This document shows positions 8,484-18,249 of a stretch of DNA of 64,000 nt, piece by piece (positions within the stretch are counted from its first letter, which is position 1; each line of letters opens with the position of its first letter). The DNA lies in contig CANAZG010000004.1 of the NCBI GenBank assembly GCA_947365965.1, positions 2,919-66,918 of the forward strand, written 5' to 3'. A program made the position numbers and the translations under genes. The stretch comes from an uncultured Clostridia bacterium (GTDB lineage Bacteria; Bacillota; Clostridia; Oscillospirales; Oscillospiraceae). Under the pieces are notes generated by a model. The model ran no database searches, was not told the DNA's origin, and saw only the letters and a program-made list of their open reading frames with translations.

Positions 8484-9005
8484 ATGAAAAAACGTTTGGT
8501 ATGCTGTTTTGTGATTCTCTGCATGGCGCTGTCAGGATGCGCCGGAAAACAGGGGGAGGCTCAGAAACCAGGACCGCTGGAACAGGAGGCCGGAGCATCT
8601 GCGGCCCCCTCTCAGGCAGAAGAGCCGGAGTCCTCCGAGGAGCCGGAGCCTACGCCGGAGGAGGATGCGTTCTCCGGGAGATGGCAGGCTGTTGAGAGCC
8701 CGCAATGTTATATGGACATCGCCAGAGGGGACGGGGACAGCTATACGCTTGAGATCGTCTGGGCCGGCGCTTCCCAAGGCGATGTTGTCTGGCAGGCGGC
8801 TGGGAGCTACGACAAAATCTGGGGAGGCGTCGCTTATACTGGCGCAAAATATGAGGACGTTGTCAAAGAAGACGGGACCATTGACCGGACTCTAATACCG
8901 GAGCGGGAGGAAGTGACGGGGATGGTTTACTTGGAGGATGACGGGACCCTGCGCTGGATTGACGACTTCGATCATACGGGGGATGATATGAGCTTTGAGA
9001 AATAA
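8484..9005 (+). CDS. Hypothetical lipoprotein
   Basis: ORF track gives 8373..9005. Start moved to ATG 8484 (AAAGGAG SD). Lipobox MKKRLVCCFVILCMALSGC, then an acidic Pro/Glu linker. The local region has lower GC. Confidence 0.7.
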   Translation: MKKRLVCCFVILCMALSGCAGKQGEAQKPGPLEQEAGASAAPSQAEEPESSEEPEPTPEEDAFSGRWQAVESPQCYMDIARGDGDSYTLEIVWAGASQGDVVWQAAGSYDKIWGGVAYTGAKYEDVVKEDGTIDRTLIPEREEVTGMVYLEDDGTLRWIDDFDHTGDDMSFEK

Positions 9006-9145
9006 TTACCAGTTTAGATGGGAATCTGTGGCAAATCGTAAAAAACGATATCAATATATACAAGATAGGGGGATTTCACTCTTTAGGTGAAATCCCCCTT
9101 GATAAAGGTGCTCTTTTTAGACTTACCGGCAGACCTTTGCCCGCT

Positions 9146-9418
9146 TCAGATCAGGAAAAATGCCAGGGCAATGAGCCCGGCGGCGGCCGCGCCGGCCAGA
9201 GGGAGGGACCAGCGGGGAAGCCGCCGCCAGAGGGATGGGCGGACGTTCTGGGACGCAGCGCAGCCCCGGGCAATGCGGCAGGCCTCGCCCAGGACCTGCT
9301 GAGGGGTGACGCCGTCCTGGGAGAAGGCGTCGTTGCGCACAATAAAGATGGCCTGTTCAAAGAGCTTCGGATCCGGGGAATCGACGACAATGACACGGCG
9401 GGAGGTACCTTTCACCAA
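9146..9418 (-). CDS. Small hypothetical protein with a C-terminal TM helix
   Basis: 90-aa ORF. TTG start with an AAAGGAG SD. It lies directly downstream of spoIIE on the same strand. Confidence 0.5.
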   Translation of the reverse strand: MVKGTSRRVIVVDSPDPKLFEQAIFIVRNDAFSQDGVTPQQVLGEACRIARGCAASQNVRPSLWRRLPRWSLPLAGAAAAGLIALAFFLI

Positions 9419-9506
9419 GGGGCACCGCTCCTTTCTTCCTGGAGAGATTTTCCCTTCCAGTATTTCCCGCCGGCGGCCGGTTTATACGGCCGGAGTCAAA
9501 AGAAGT

Positions 9507-11135
9507 CTATACCTCCGCCACGCCGCTGTCCCCCTTGGGCAGATAGAGACAGATCACGCTGCAGTCGTCCTCCCCCCGGCGGCGCAGGCCCGCCTCCCGC
9601 AGCACCAGGGAGGCCAGCATGTTGGGATCCTCCCCCTGCCAGCCGGCCAGCAGGTCCTGGAGCCACTGGTCATCCCCCGCGTCCGCCACCCCGTCGCTGA
9701 TCATCAGCACAAAGGTGTCCTCCTCCAGGGGGAACCGGGCCGGGGCCGGGGCGGCGGATACCTCCTGGAGCCCCGCAGGCAGGGCGGAGCCGGTGAGGCG
9801 GCGGACCGAGCCCTGGCGCTTTAAGTAAGTGGGGGCGGCCCCGTATTTATGGAGGGCCCCCTGGCCGTTTGTCAGGTCCACGGCCAGCAGATCAATGGTG
9901 GTGAAGCTGCCCTGATCGTCGCTGCGCAGGTTCAGGGCGGCGTTGAGGGTCCGCAGCGCCGGGTCCGGGTCAATGCCGGCGGTGAGCAGCTGCTCCAGAA
10001 GCCGGAGGGTCATCTGGCTCTCCCGCTGGGCCTCTCGTCCGCTGCCCATGCCGTCGCTGAGGAGGAGGTAGAGCTTCCCGGCGGTGCGGAACCAGGTGAG
10101 GCTGTCCCCGCACACCCGCTGGCCCTCCTTGGGCGCGGAGGCCAGAGCCACCTGGTGGAGCATCTCCCGCCCTGTGGCCGGAGAGGCCTCCGGGGCGGCC
10201 ATGGCCTGGGCCACCAGCTCCCCCAGCTGGACATACTGCCCCCGGGTCCGCTCCCGCTCCCGCTCCAGCTGGCGGCGGTACTGCCGGCGCAGCAGCAGGG
10301 CCGTCACCTCGGTGTTGATGGCGGAGATGAGCTGGGGGAAGTGGATGCACCGGGAGGAAAAGTGGACCGCAAAGTCCCCCGGCTCCGCCCGGCCCCGGTC
10401 CAGCAGGGCGGGGGTGGCGTCGTTGAAGGCGTTGAAGGTGGAGACGTACTCCTTGTTCCAGCACACGTCCCGCAGGGCGCAGCCCCGGCACACCACCTCC
10501 GCCGCCCGGTCAAAGATCACCGCTGGATTCTCCTCCTTTTGGGGCCCCGGGGCGGCGAAGCTCTCGCACAGGGACCGCAGGGCCTGGGCGCTCAGCCGCA
10601 GGCGTCGGCGCAGCCCGTCGCTCTCCGGCCGCTGGGCCTGCCGCCGGGGAATGGAGGTCTCCCGGAGCACCAGGGCGCAGTAGTGGCACAATATGCCGGA
10701 GAGGACCGTGCAGGCGGCCATCCGCGTCAGCCCCTGGACGCTGAAGCCCATCTGCACGGTATAGGCCAGCTCCACGGCCAGGGCGGACCCGGCGGCGGTG
10801 AGGGGACGGAAGAGGGCGTGGTGGAACCACTTGGTCTCCCGAAAGGCGGAGAGCACCGCGCACACCAGCACCAGTATGCCGCAGCACCGCAGGGCCGGTC
10901 CGAAGGGGAGGAAGACAAAGGCCCCCGTCACCCCTCCGGCCAGGGCGGCCATGGCCGCCCCCCCGGGCCGGCAGGCGGCCAGCAGACCGGCGGCCAGCGG
11001 CGCCCGCCCGTCCAGACAGCAGCCGGCGGCCAAAAAGCCCCCTGCCGCGTAGGCGGCCAGTTGAATGGTCTGGGTCCTGGCGGGCCGCTCCAAGGTAATC
11101 CCGGCGATTTTCATAGCTTGTCCCCTTCTTTTCAT
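9507..11135 (-). CDS. spoIIE: Stage II sporulation protein E (PP2C-type phosphatase)
   Basis: 542 aa with a multi-TM N-terminus and a C-terminal PP2C/SpoIIE domain (LLSDGMGSGREAQ, MISDGVADAG). The alternative start ATG 11114 (MKIAGI) has the better SD. Confidence 0.8.
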   Translation of the reverse strand: MKRRGQAMKIAGITLERPARTQTIQLAAYAAGGFLAAGCCLDGRAPLAAGLLAACRPGGAAMAALAGGVTGAFVFLPFGPALRCCGILVLVCAVLSAFRETKWFHHALFRPLTAAGSALAVELAYTVQMGFSVQGLTRMAACTVLSGILCHYCALVLRETSIPRRQAQRPESDGLRRRLRLSAQALRSLCESFAAPGPQKEENPAVIFDRAAEVVCRGCALRDVCWNKEYVSTFNAFNDATPALLDRGRAEPGDFAVHFSSRCIHFPQLISAINTEVTALLLRRQYRRQLERERERTRGQYVQLGELVAQAMAAPEASPATGREMLHQVALASAPKEGQRVCGDSLTWFRTAGKLYLLLSDGMGSGREAQRESQMTLRLLEQLLTAGIDPDPALRTLNAALNLRSDDQGSFTTIDLLAVDLTNGQGALHKYGAAPTYLKRQGSVRRLTGSALPAGLQEVSAAPAPARFPLEEDTFVLMISDGVADAGDDQWLQDLLAGWQGEDPNMLASLVLREAGLRRRGEDDCSVICLYLPKGDSGVAEV

Positions 11136-11310
11136 GGTCTTGTGGTCTATTCTAGCAGGGGAGGAGGGAAAAGCCTGTCGGGAAATATGGGGGGAAATCG
11201 GGGAAAATTATTATAAAAAGAGAAAAGTATCCCCTTAAAGCGCTCCCCGGGAATCCAAACCGACCCGGACGGAACCTTTCCGCCCGGGCCTTGGTGGACT
11301 GCTGAGGTGG

Positions 11311-11661
11311 TTATGATTTCCGCAGCCAGGGGAGGAGATGGGACACGCAGACCCCCAGCAGCAGCGCGGGGAGGATCTCCACATGGCTTGTGACAAGAAA
11401 GACCGATACCTGGGACAGGAGCTGGAAGGGAACCAGGGGGATCAGCAGAACCAGAAGCATCCCCACCCCGGCCCACAGCCAGAAGCGGCTCTCTTTCCGC
11501 CCGGCGCACCCGCCGCCCAGGACCAGACCCGTCAGGGCGTAGAGAACAACCAAAAACAGGTAGGCTCCAAGGGGGTGCCGGGACAGGGGCAATATGCCCC
11601 GCAGGAGATTTCCCGCAATGTAAATCATGACAGCGGAGAGAAAACGTTTTGCCTCGGACAT
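11311..11661 (-). CDS. Hypothetical integral membrane protein
   Basis: 116-aa ORF with about 4 hydrophobic helices. No family recognised. Confidence 0.5.
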   Translation of the reverse strand: MSEAKRFLSAVMIYIAGNLLRGILPLSRHPLGAYLFLVVLYALTGLVLGGGCAGRKESRFWLWAGVGMLLVLLIPLVPFQLLSQVSVFLVTSHVEILPALLLGVCVSHLLPWLRKS

Positions 11662-12064
11662 GGCGCACCTCCTTTCTTACATACTCCGTTCATTGCCTGG
11701 AAAAGACGGTCCCTGCTAGGGCTTGTTTGATAATTGGCGATATGCCCAACAGCAAGGAATTTTTTTGTCAGACAAGGCAAATTTTCGCAGGCATCCATAT
11801 CGTGCAATGACCCCATCGAGGGGTCATGCACGATTATTCTGCACGGGCGCTCGATGCGCCCGTTGCAGAATCTGACGGATGGCAAGAAAATTTAACGCAG
11901 TATGGCAGAAAAAGGCCTGCTGTTTGGGCGTGTTGACAATTTTCAAACATGCCCTAGTTTCCAGTCTACCGGATCTGCATTCTTTTGTCAAGAAAAGCGG
12001 GGGACAGGAGGAAAACTTTGGGGGAAATGACGTGGCAAGTTGGCTCGGGAACCGGGAAAAGCAC

Positions 12065-12093
12065 TTGTAAAAACAGCCCCGGGGCGGTATAAT
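12065..12093 (+). promoter_or_regulatory. Candidate sigma-A promoter of asnS
   Basis: TTGTAA (12065-12070), 17-nt spacer, TATAAT (12088-12093), 54 nt before the asnS ATG. Confidence 0.6.
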
Positions 12094-12146
12094 ACACCTA
12101 CTCGCTCAAAACGCGCCAATTTTAAGAGAATGCAGGTGAAAACAGA

Positions 12147-13541
<1,395 letters not shown>

Positions 13542-13568
13542 TCAAATATCCTCCGGAGAAAGTTTCTC

Positions 13569-13597
13569 TTGCATTTGCTGCGGCGGGGTGGTATACT
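13569..13597 (+). promoter_or_regulatory. Candidate promoter of an antisense sRNA (Fst-like module)
   Basis: TTGCAT (13569-13574), 17-nt spacer, TGgTATACT extended -10 (13592-13597). It points toward the small minus-strand ORF and drives no protein gene. Confidence 0.55.
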
Positions 13598-13603
13598 GTA
13601 GGT

Positions 13604-13680
13604 GGAATTGAGAAGTATTTCCAAACCTACCCCCTCAGCAAAAAAGGCCCCCGGAGAGCTGGCACTCTCCGGGGGCCTTC
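13604..13680 (+). ncRNA. Candidate antitoxin sRNA (3' end uncertain)
   Basis: Predicted transcript from the 13569-13597 promoter. It contains CCUACCCCCUC, complementary to the SD region of the convergent peptide mRNA, and runs into the shared hairpin 13644-13679. Confidence 0.4.
13644..13679 (-). terminator. Hairpin shared by convergent transcripts; canonical terminator for the minus-strand peptide mRNA
   Basis: AAGGCCCCCGGAGAG / CTCTCCGGGGGCCTT 15-bp stem. The A-run on the plus side gives a U-run on the minus transcript. It lies 16 nt after the peptide stop codon. Confidence 0.7.
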
Positions 13681-13694
13681 ATGCTGTGGCGTGC

Positions 13695-13799
13695 TTACTG
13701 TCCTTTGGGCTTTCCGCCCTGCCGGTCAAGCCACTTGCAGATGTAGCTGGCGGCTACACCCGCTATGACCGACAAAATCAAATCAAGAAGTACTTCCAA
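13695..13799 (-). CDS. Candidate Fst/PepA1-like type I toxin peptide (34 aa)
   Basis: TTG start 8 nt after GAGAGGGGG. Peptide: MEVLLDLILSVIAGVAASYICKWLDRQGGKPKGQ (hydrophobic helix, then a KWLDR basic tail). Own promoter at 13847-13875. It is part of the 87-aa track ORF 13695..13958. Confidence 0.5.
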   Translation of the reverse strand: MEVLLDLILSVIAGVAASYICKWLDRQGGKPKGQ

Positions 13800-13846
13800 C
13801 CATTCCACCCCCTCTCTGTTGCCAGAATGTAAGGGCAGCAACAGAG

Positions 13847-13875
13847 AGTATACCACCATTCGACATTTTTTGCAA
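13847..13875 (-). promoter_or_regulatory. Candidate promoter of the Fst-like peptide mRNA
   Basis: On the minus strand: TTGCAA (13870-13875), 17-nt spacer, TGgTATACT (-10 at 13847-13852). The 5' UTR begins with a 9-bp hairpin CTCTGTTGC/GCAACAGAG abutting the SD. Confidence 0.55.
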
Positions 13876-13899
13876 CATTTGGAAACCGAGGTGCAGCCG

Positions 13900-15156
13900 A
13901 TGAAAAAGCCTTTCGTGACAAAGCAGCAGCTGGACGGCATCACCGCCCAATACCCCACCCCCTTCCACCTCTACGACGAGTCCGGCGTCCGGGCCAACGC
14001 CCGCCGCCTCTGCGCCGCCTTCGCCTGGAACGGCGGCTTCAAGGAGTATTTCGCCGTCAAGGCCACCCCCACCCCCAGACTGCTGAACATCCTCCGGGAG
14101 GAGGGCTGCGGCGCGGACTGCTCCAGCCTCACCGAGCTGATGCTGGCGGAGAAATGCGGCTTCCGGGGCAGCGAGATCATGTTCACCTCCAACAACACCC
14201 TGGCCGAGGAGTACCAGCTGGCCCACCGGCTGGGGGCGGTCATCAACCTGGATGACCTCACCCACGTGGAGTTCCTCCGCCAGTCCATCGGGTGCGTACC
14301 GGAGACCCTGTTCTGCCGCTACAACCCCGGCGGCGTGTTCACCCTGGGGGAGGGCAAGGACGGCGTGCAGGTGATGGACAGCCCCGGGGAGGCCAAGTAT
14401 GGCATGACCCGGCCTCAGATCGCCCAGGCCTTCCGGCAGCTGAGGGACATGGGCGCGAAAACCTTTGGCATCCACGCCTTCCTGGCCTCCAACACCACCT
14501 CCAACGACTACTACCCCGAGCTGGCCGCCATCCTTTTCCGCCTTGCCGTGGAGCTGAGGGAGGAGACCGGCTGTCACATCCGGTATATCAACCTCTCCGG
14601 CGGCATCGGCGTGCCCTACCGCCCGGAGGAGGAGGCCGTCGACATCGCCCGCATCGGCCAGGAGGTCCGGCGGCGGTACGAGGAGATCCTGGTCCCCGCC
14701 GGCATGGGGGACGTGGTCCTGTGCAGCGAGCTGGGCCGGTTCATGATGGCCCCCTACGGCTGTCTGGTCACCAGGGTGCTCCACTTCAAGCACATCTACA
14801 AGGAGTACGCGGGGGTGGACGCCTGCGCCGCGGATCTCATGCGGCCGGCGGTGTACGGGTCCTACCACCACATTACCGTATCGGGGAAGGAGGACGCGCC
14901 CTGCGCCTGCCGGTACGATGTGACCGGCTCCCTGTGCGAGAACTGCGACAAGTTTGCCGTGGACCGGGATCTCCCGGAGCTCCAGCGGGGAGATCTGCTG
15001 ATTATCCACGACACCGGGGCCCACGGTCACTCCATGGGGTATAATTACAACGGAAAATTACGTTCCGCAGAGATTCTGCTCCGTGAGGACGGCTCGACGG
15101 AGCTCATGCGCCGTGCGGAGACTCCGGAGGACTATTTCGCCACCCTGGTGTGGTAA
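13900..15156 (+). CDS. lysA: Diaminopimelate decarboxylase family (PLP-dependent, Orn/DAP/Arg decarboxylase fold)
   Basis: ORF track gives 13765..15156. Start moved to ATG 13900 (MKKPFVTKQQL, GAGGTG SD). FAVKA PLP-lysine motif and GGGIGVPY. Confidence 0.75.
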   Translation: MKKPFVTKQQLDGITAQYPTPFHLYDESGVRANARRLCAAFAWNGGFKEYFAVKATPTPRLLNILREEGCGADCSSLTELMLAEKCGFRGSEIMFTSNNTLAEEYQLAHRLGAVINLDDLTHVEFLRQSIGCVPETLFCRYNPGGVFTLGEGKDGVQVMDSPGEAKYGMTRPQIAQAFRQLRDMGAKTFGIHAFLASNTTSNDYYPELAAILFRLAVELREETGCHIRYINLSGGIGVPYRPEEEAVDIARIGQEVRRRYEEILVPAGMGDVVLCSELGRFMMAPYGCLVTRVLHFKHIYKEYAGVDACAADLMRPAVYGSYHHITVSGKEDAPCACRYDVTGSLCENCDKFAVDRDLPELQRGDLLIIHDTGAHGHSMGYNYNGKLRSAEILLREDGSTELMRRAETPEDYFATLVW

Positions 15157-15170
15157 GACAATTAAGCCCA

Positions 15171-15211
15171 CAGCCGCACATCCCGTTTTCTGGGATGTGC
15201 GGCTGTTTTTT
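15171..15211 (+). terminator. Rho-independent terminator after lysA
   Basis: CAGCCGCACATCCC / GGGATGTGCGGCTG stem followed by TTTTTT. Confidence 0.85.
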
Positions 15212-15415
15212 GCGCTCATTCTATACTCATAGGACTTCCAATGTTGATATTAACTGTTTGTATATGTTATACCTCCTCCGGGAGATCTATTCCCCGAAAA
15301 CCGTTGGCAGATCGAGATCCTCTGCGCCCAGCTGACCCGTATCTTTCAGCAGGACGCTCCGTAAGGCGCGTTCCTCCCTGCTTTATACTCCGCCCTTAAA
15401 ATTATTTCTTTCCTC

Positions 15416-15444
15416 TTGACAACGGGGCTTTCTGCGCATATAAT
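15416..15444 (+). promoter_or_regulatory. Candidate sigma-A promoter of psuK-psuG
   Basis: TTGACA, 17-nt spacer, TATAAT. Confidence 0.65.
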
Positions 15445-15488
15445 AAGCAACAGATTATTTGATAAACTTTTACTTAGGAGGCGATGCC

Positions 15489-16562
15489 ATGACCCAGCGG
15501 GAGCGGCAAATTCTGCGCTGGATCGAGGAGGACCCCATGATCAGCCAGCAGGAGCTGGCGGACAAGGCGGGGATCACCCGGTCCTCGGCGGCTGTACACA
15601 TCTCCAACCTGATGAAAAAGGGCCACATCGCCGGCCGGGGCTACATCGTGCGCACCGCGCCCTACGCCGTGGTGGTGGGGGGTGTGAACATGGACGTGGG
15701 CGGCCGGTCCTACGAGGGGCTGATTCCCCGTGACTCCAACCCCGGCCGGGTGCGCATGAGTCTGGGCGGCGTGGGGCGGAACATCGCCCACAACATGGCA
15801 CTGATGGGGGTGGAGGTCCACCTGCTCACCGCCTTCGGGGACGACGTATCCGCCCAGAAGGTGGCCGCCTCCTGCGGCGAGCTGAACATCGACATCAGCC
15901 ACGCCCTCCAGGTGCCCGGCGGCGCCACCTCCACCTACCTCTATATTGCTGGTCCCTCCGGGGACATGGAACTGGCGGTGGCGGACATGGAGATCTATGA
16001 CCACGTGACCCCGGCCTTTCTGGCCTCCCGGGCCGCCCTCCTCAACAGCGCCCAGCTGGTGGTGGTGGACACCAACATCCCCGCCCCCTCCATCCAGTGG
16101 CTGGCGGAGAACTGCACGGTACCCCTCTTTGCGGACCCGGTCTCCACCACCAAGGCGGAGAAGCTACGGCCCGTCCTGGGCCGGCTCCACACCCTCAAGC
16201 CCAACCGGCTGGAGGCGGAGCTGCTCAGCGGCGTGGCCATCACGGACGCGGACAGCGCGGGCAGGGCGGCGGAGGCCCTGCTGGAGACCGGACTGCGGCG
16301 GGTATTCATCAGCATGGGCGGGGACGGCGTTCTGGCGGCGGACCACTCCGGGAAGCTCCACGTGCCCTGCATCCCCGGGGAGATGGTAAATACCACCGGC
16401 TGCGGGGACGCCTTTATGGCGGCCATTGCCTGGGCATACTTGGAGGGTACGGACCTGGAGGGGACGGCCCGGGCCGGTCTGGCGGCCTCCTCCATTGCCA
16501 TGGAGAGCGGGGAGACCATCAACCCCGCCATGAGCGTGGAGGGGATCAGGAGCCGGATTTAG
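15489..16562 (+). CDS. psuK: wHTH-fused PfkB-family kinase, probable pseudouridine kinase
   Basis: Start moved to ATG 15489 (AGGAGG SD). N-terminal wHTH (MTQRERQILRWIEEDPMISQQELADKAGITRSS) plus a ribokinase-like core (GGVGRN, TTGCGDAF). The adjacent psuG supports the call. Confidence 0.7.
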   Translation: MTQRERQILRWIEEDPMISQQELADKAGITRSSAAVHISNLMKKGHIAGRGYIVRTAPYAVVVGGVNMDVGGRSYEGLIPRDSNPGRVRMSLGGVGRNIAHNMALMGVEVHLLTAFGDDVSAQKVAASCGELNIDISHALQVPGGATSTYLYIAGPSGDMELAVADMEIYDHVTPAFLASRAALLNSAQLVVVDTNIPAPSIQWLAENCTVPLFADPVSTTKAEKLRPVLGRLHTLKPNRLEAELLSGVAITDADSAGRAAEALLETGLRRVFISMGGDGVLAADHSGKLHVPCIPGEMVNTTGCGDAFMAAIAWAYLEGTDLEGTARAGLAASSIAMESGETINPAMSVEGIRSRI

Positions 16563-16567
16563 ATTTT

Positions 16568-16617
16568 TGTAATCATTCTTTTTCTTGAAAGAAAAAGAAT
16601 CAAAAAGAACTTTTCAC
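16568..16617 (+). repeat. AT-rich hairpin repeat, copy 3 (F)
   Basis: TGTAATCATTCTTTTTCTTGAAAGAAAAAGAATCAAAAAGAACTTTTCAC, 6 nt after the psuK stop. Confidence 0.85.
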
Positions 16618-16696
16618 CACGGTAACGATACAGTATATTCCTATCATTTATTTACTATTTTGGTTCGCGCCCAGAGCGCGAGGAAAGGAGCGCCCC

Positions 16697-17617
16697 ATGA
16701 ACAAGTATCTGGATATTGCCCCGGAGGTAGCGGCGGCCCTGGCGGAGGGCAAGCCTGTGGTGGCCCTGGAGTCCACCATCATCTCCCACGGTATGCCCTA
16801 CCCCAAGAACGTGGAGACCGCCCTGGAGGTGGAGAAGATTATCCGCGACAACGGCGCGGTGCCCGCCACCATTGCCATCATCGGCGGCCGCCTGAAAGCC
16901 GGCCTCTCCGCTCAGGAGATTGAGTACTTCGGCAAGAAGGGCGGCGAGATCGCCAAGGCCAGCCGCCGTGACCTGCCCGTGCTCATCGCCCGGGGTCAGG
17001 ACGGCGCCTGCACCGTCACCACCACCATGATGATCGCCCACATGGCGGGTATCTCCATCTTTGCCACCGGCGGTATCGGCGGCGTCCACCGGGGCGCGGA
17101 GACCACCATGGACATCTCCGCGGACCTGGAGGAGCTGGGCCAGACCCCGGTGATGGTGGTCTGCGCGGGGGCCAAGTCCATCCTGGACCTGGGTCTGACC
17201 CTGGAGTACCTGGAGACCAAGGGCGTGCCCGTGATCGGCTACGGCACCGAGGAGCTGCCCGCCTTCTACACCCGAAAGTCCGGCTTTGGCGTTGACTATC
17301 GCCTGGACACCCCCAAGGAGCTGGCGGAGGCCTTCCATGCCCAGCGAGCCATGGGCCTCAAGGGCGGTATGCTGGTAGCCAACCCCATTCCGGAGCAGTA
17401 CGCCATGGACGCGGACGTTATCAACAAGGCCATCGATCAGGCCGTGGCGGAGAGCCGGGAGCAGGGTATCCACGGCAAGGCCACCACGCCCTTCCTCCTG
17501 GCCCGGGTGAAGGATCTCACCGGCGGGGACAGCCTGGAGAGCAATATCCAGCTGGTCTACAATAACGCCCGTGTGGCCGCCCAGGCCGCTGTCCATCTGG
17601 CCTCCATGGCGGACTAA
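16697..17617 (+). CDS. psuG: Pseudouridine-5'-phosphate glycosidase
   Basis: 306 aa. IndA/PsuG motifs ESTIISHGMPYP and GGIGGVHRG. Confidence 0.9.
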   Translation: MNKYLDIAPEVAAALAEGKPVVALESTIISHGMPYPKNVETALEVEKIIRDNGAVPATIAIIGGRLKAGLSAQEIEYFGKKGGEIAKASRRDLPVLIARGQDGACTVTTTMMIAHMAGISIFATGGIGGVHRGAETTMDISADLEELGQTPVMVVCAGAKSILDLGLTLEYLETKGVPVIGYGTEELPAFYTRKSGFGVDYRLDTPKELAEAFHAQRAMGLKGGMLVANPIPEQYAMDADVINKAIDQAVAESREQGIHGKATTPFLLARVKDLTGGDSLESNIQLVYNNARVAAQAAVHLASMAD

Positions 17618-17956
17618 GTGAAGACCCTCTTCCAACCCGAGGCCGCCGGGAGCACACTGTGGGTCCTGATGGGTTCCCCCCTGCCTCTGCTGGCGGGATA
17701 TCTGCTGCTGATTAACCTGTGGGCCTTCGGTCTGATGGGCTTTGACAAGAGCCGGGCCAGACGGCGGGGCGCGCGGCGGATCCGGGAGCGGACCCTGTTT
17801 CTCTCCGCCCTTCTGGGCGGCGGCCTGGGGGCTGTCCTGGGCATGTGGGTCTTCCGCCATAAGACCAGACACTGGTATTTCGTCTGGGGTCTGCCTTTGA
17901 TTCTCCTGGCGCAGATCGCCCTGGCGGTGTGGCTTGCCCGCTGGTTGACAGTATGA
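17618..17956 (+). CDS. DUF1294 family membrane protein
   Basis: 112 aa. GTG start abuts the psuG stop. GFDKSRARRRGARRIRERTL motif and hydrophobic helices. Confidence 0.65.
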   Translation: MKTLFQPEAAGSTLWVLMGSPLPLLAGYLLLINLWAFGLMGFDKSRARRRGARRIRERTLFLSALLGGGLGAVLGMWVFRHKTRHWYFVWGLPLILLAQIALAVWLARWLTV

Positions 17957-17971
17957 CGGTTTTGTCCGGCG

Positions 17972-17987
17972 TGTTTCACGTGAAACA
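17972..17987. other. parS site 1 (perfect TGTTTCACGTGAAACA)
   Basis: 16/16 match to the Firmicutes parS consensus TGTTnCACGTGAAACA. It is the centre of a perfect 28-bp palindrome (17966-17993) followed by a T-run. Confidence 0.85.
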
Positions 17988-18071
17988 CGCCGGACTTTTT
18001 TCGCCTCCAAGTCCGCCAGGGCCGGTCTGTGGGAGGACAGGCAGACGCTCCCCGGCAGGTCAGAACAGGGA

Positions 18072-18087
18072 TGTTTCACGTGAAACG
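18072..18087. other. parS site 2 (TGTTTCACGTGAAACG, one mismatch)
   Basis: 15/16 match to parS, 100 bp from site 1. GGG/CCC flanks and a downstream TATTTTTT. Confidence 0.75.
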
Positions 18088-18249
18088 CCCCTATTTTTTC
18101 TGCGAAAAACCTCTGTATCATCTTTATAGACGGTTTGTGCAAATTTTTTCCTATTTCCTGTTGAAATGCGGCATATTTGTGTTATACTATTTTATACTAT
18201 CTATTATTGTTTTTAACAGAGGGCCCAGTCCCTCTCCCGGAGGTGTTCA

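Noticed and set aside
11880-12146. T-box leaders upstream of asnS, and likewise upstream of serS (20158-20283) and aspS (26783-26833).
   Set aside because: No GGGTGGnACCnCG T-box sequence or stem I AGAGA/AGUA elements were seen. asnS has a simple promoter 54 nt from its ATG. The serS and aspS upstream regions are too short.
13765-13899. The upstream extension of the lysA ORF (MTDKIKSRSTSNHS...).
   Set aside because: It has no SD, and it overlaps the minus-strand peptide ORF and promoter. The conserved decarboxylase N-terminus begins at ATG 13900, which has a GAGGTG SD.
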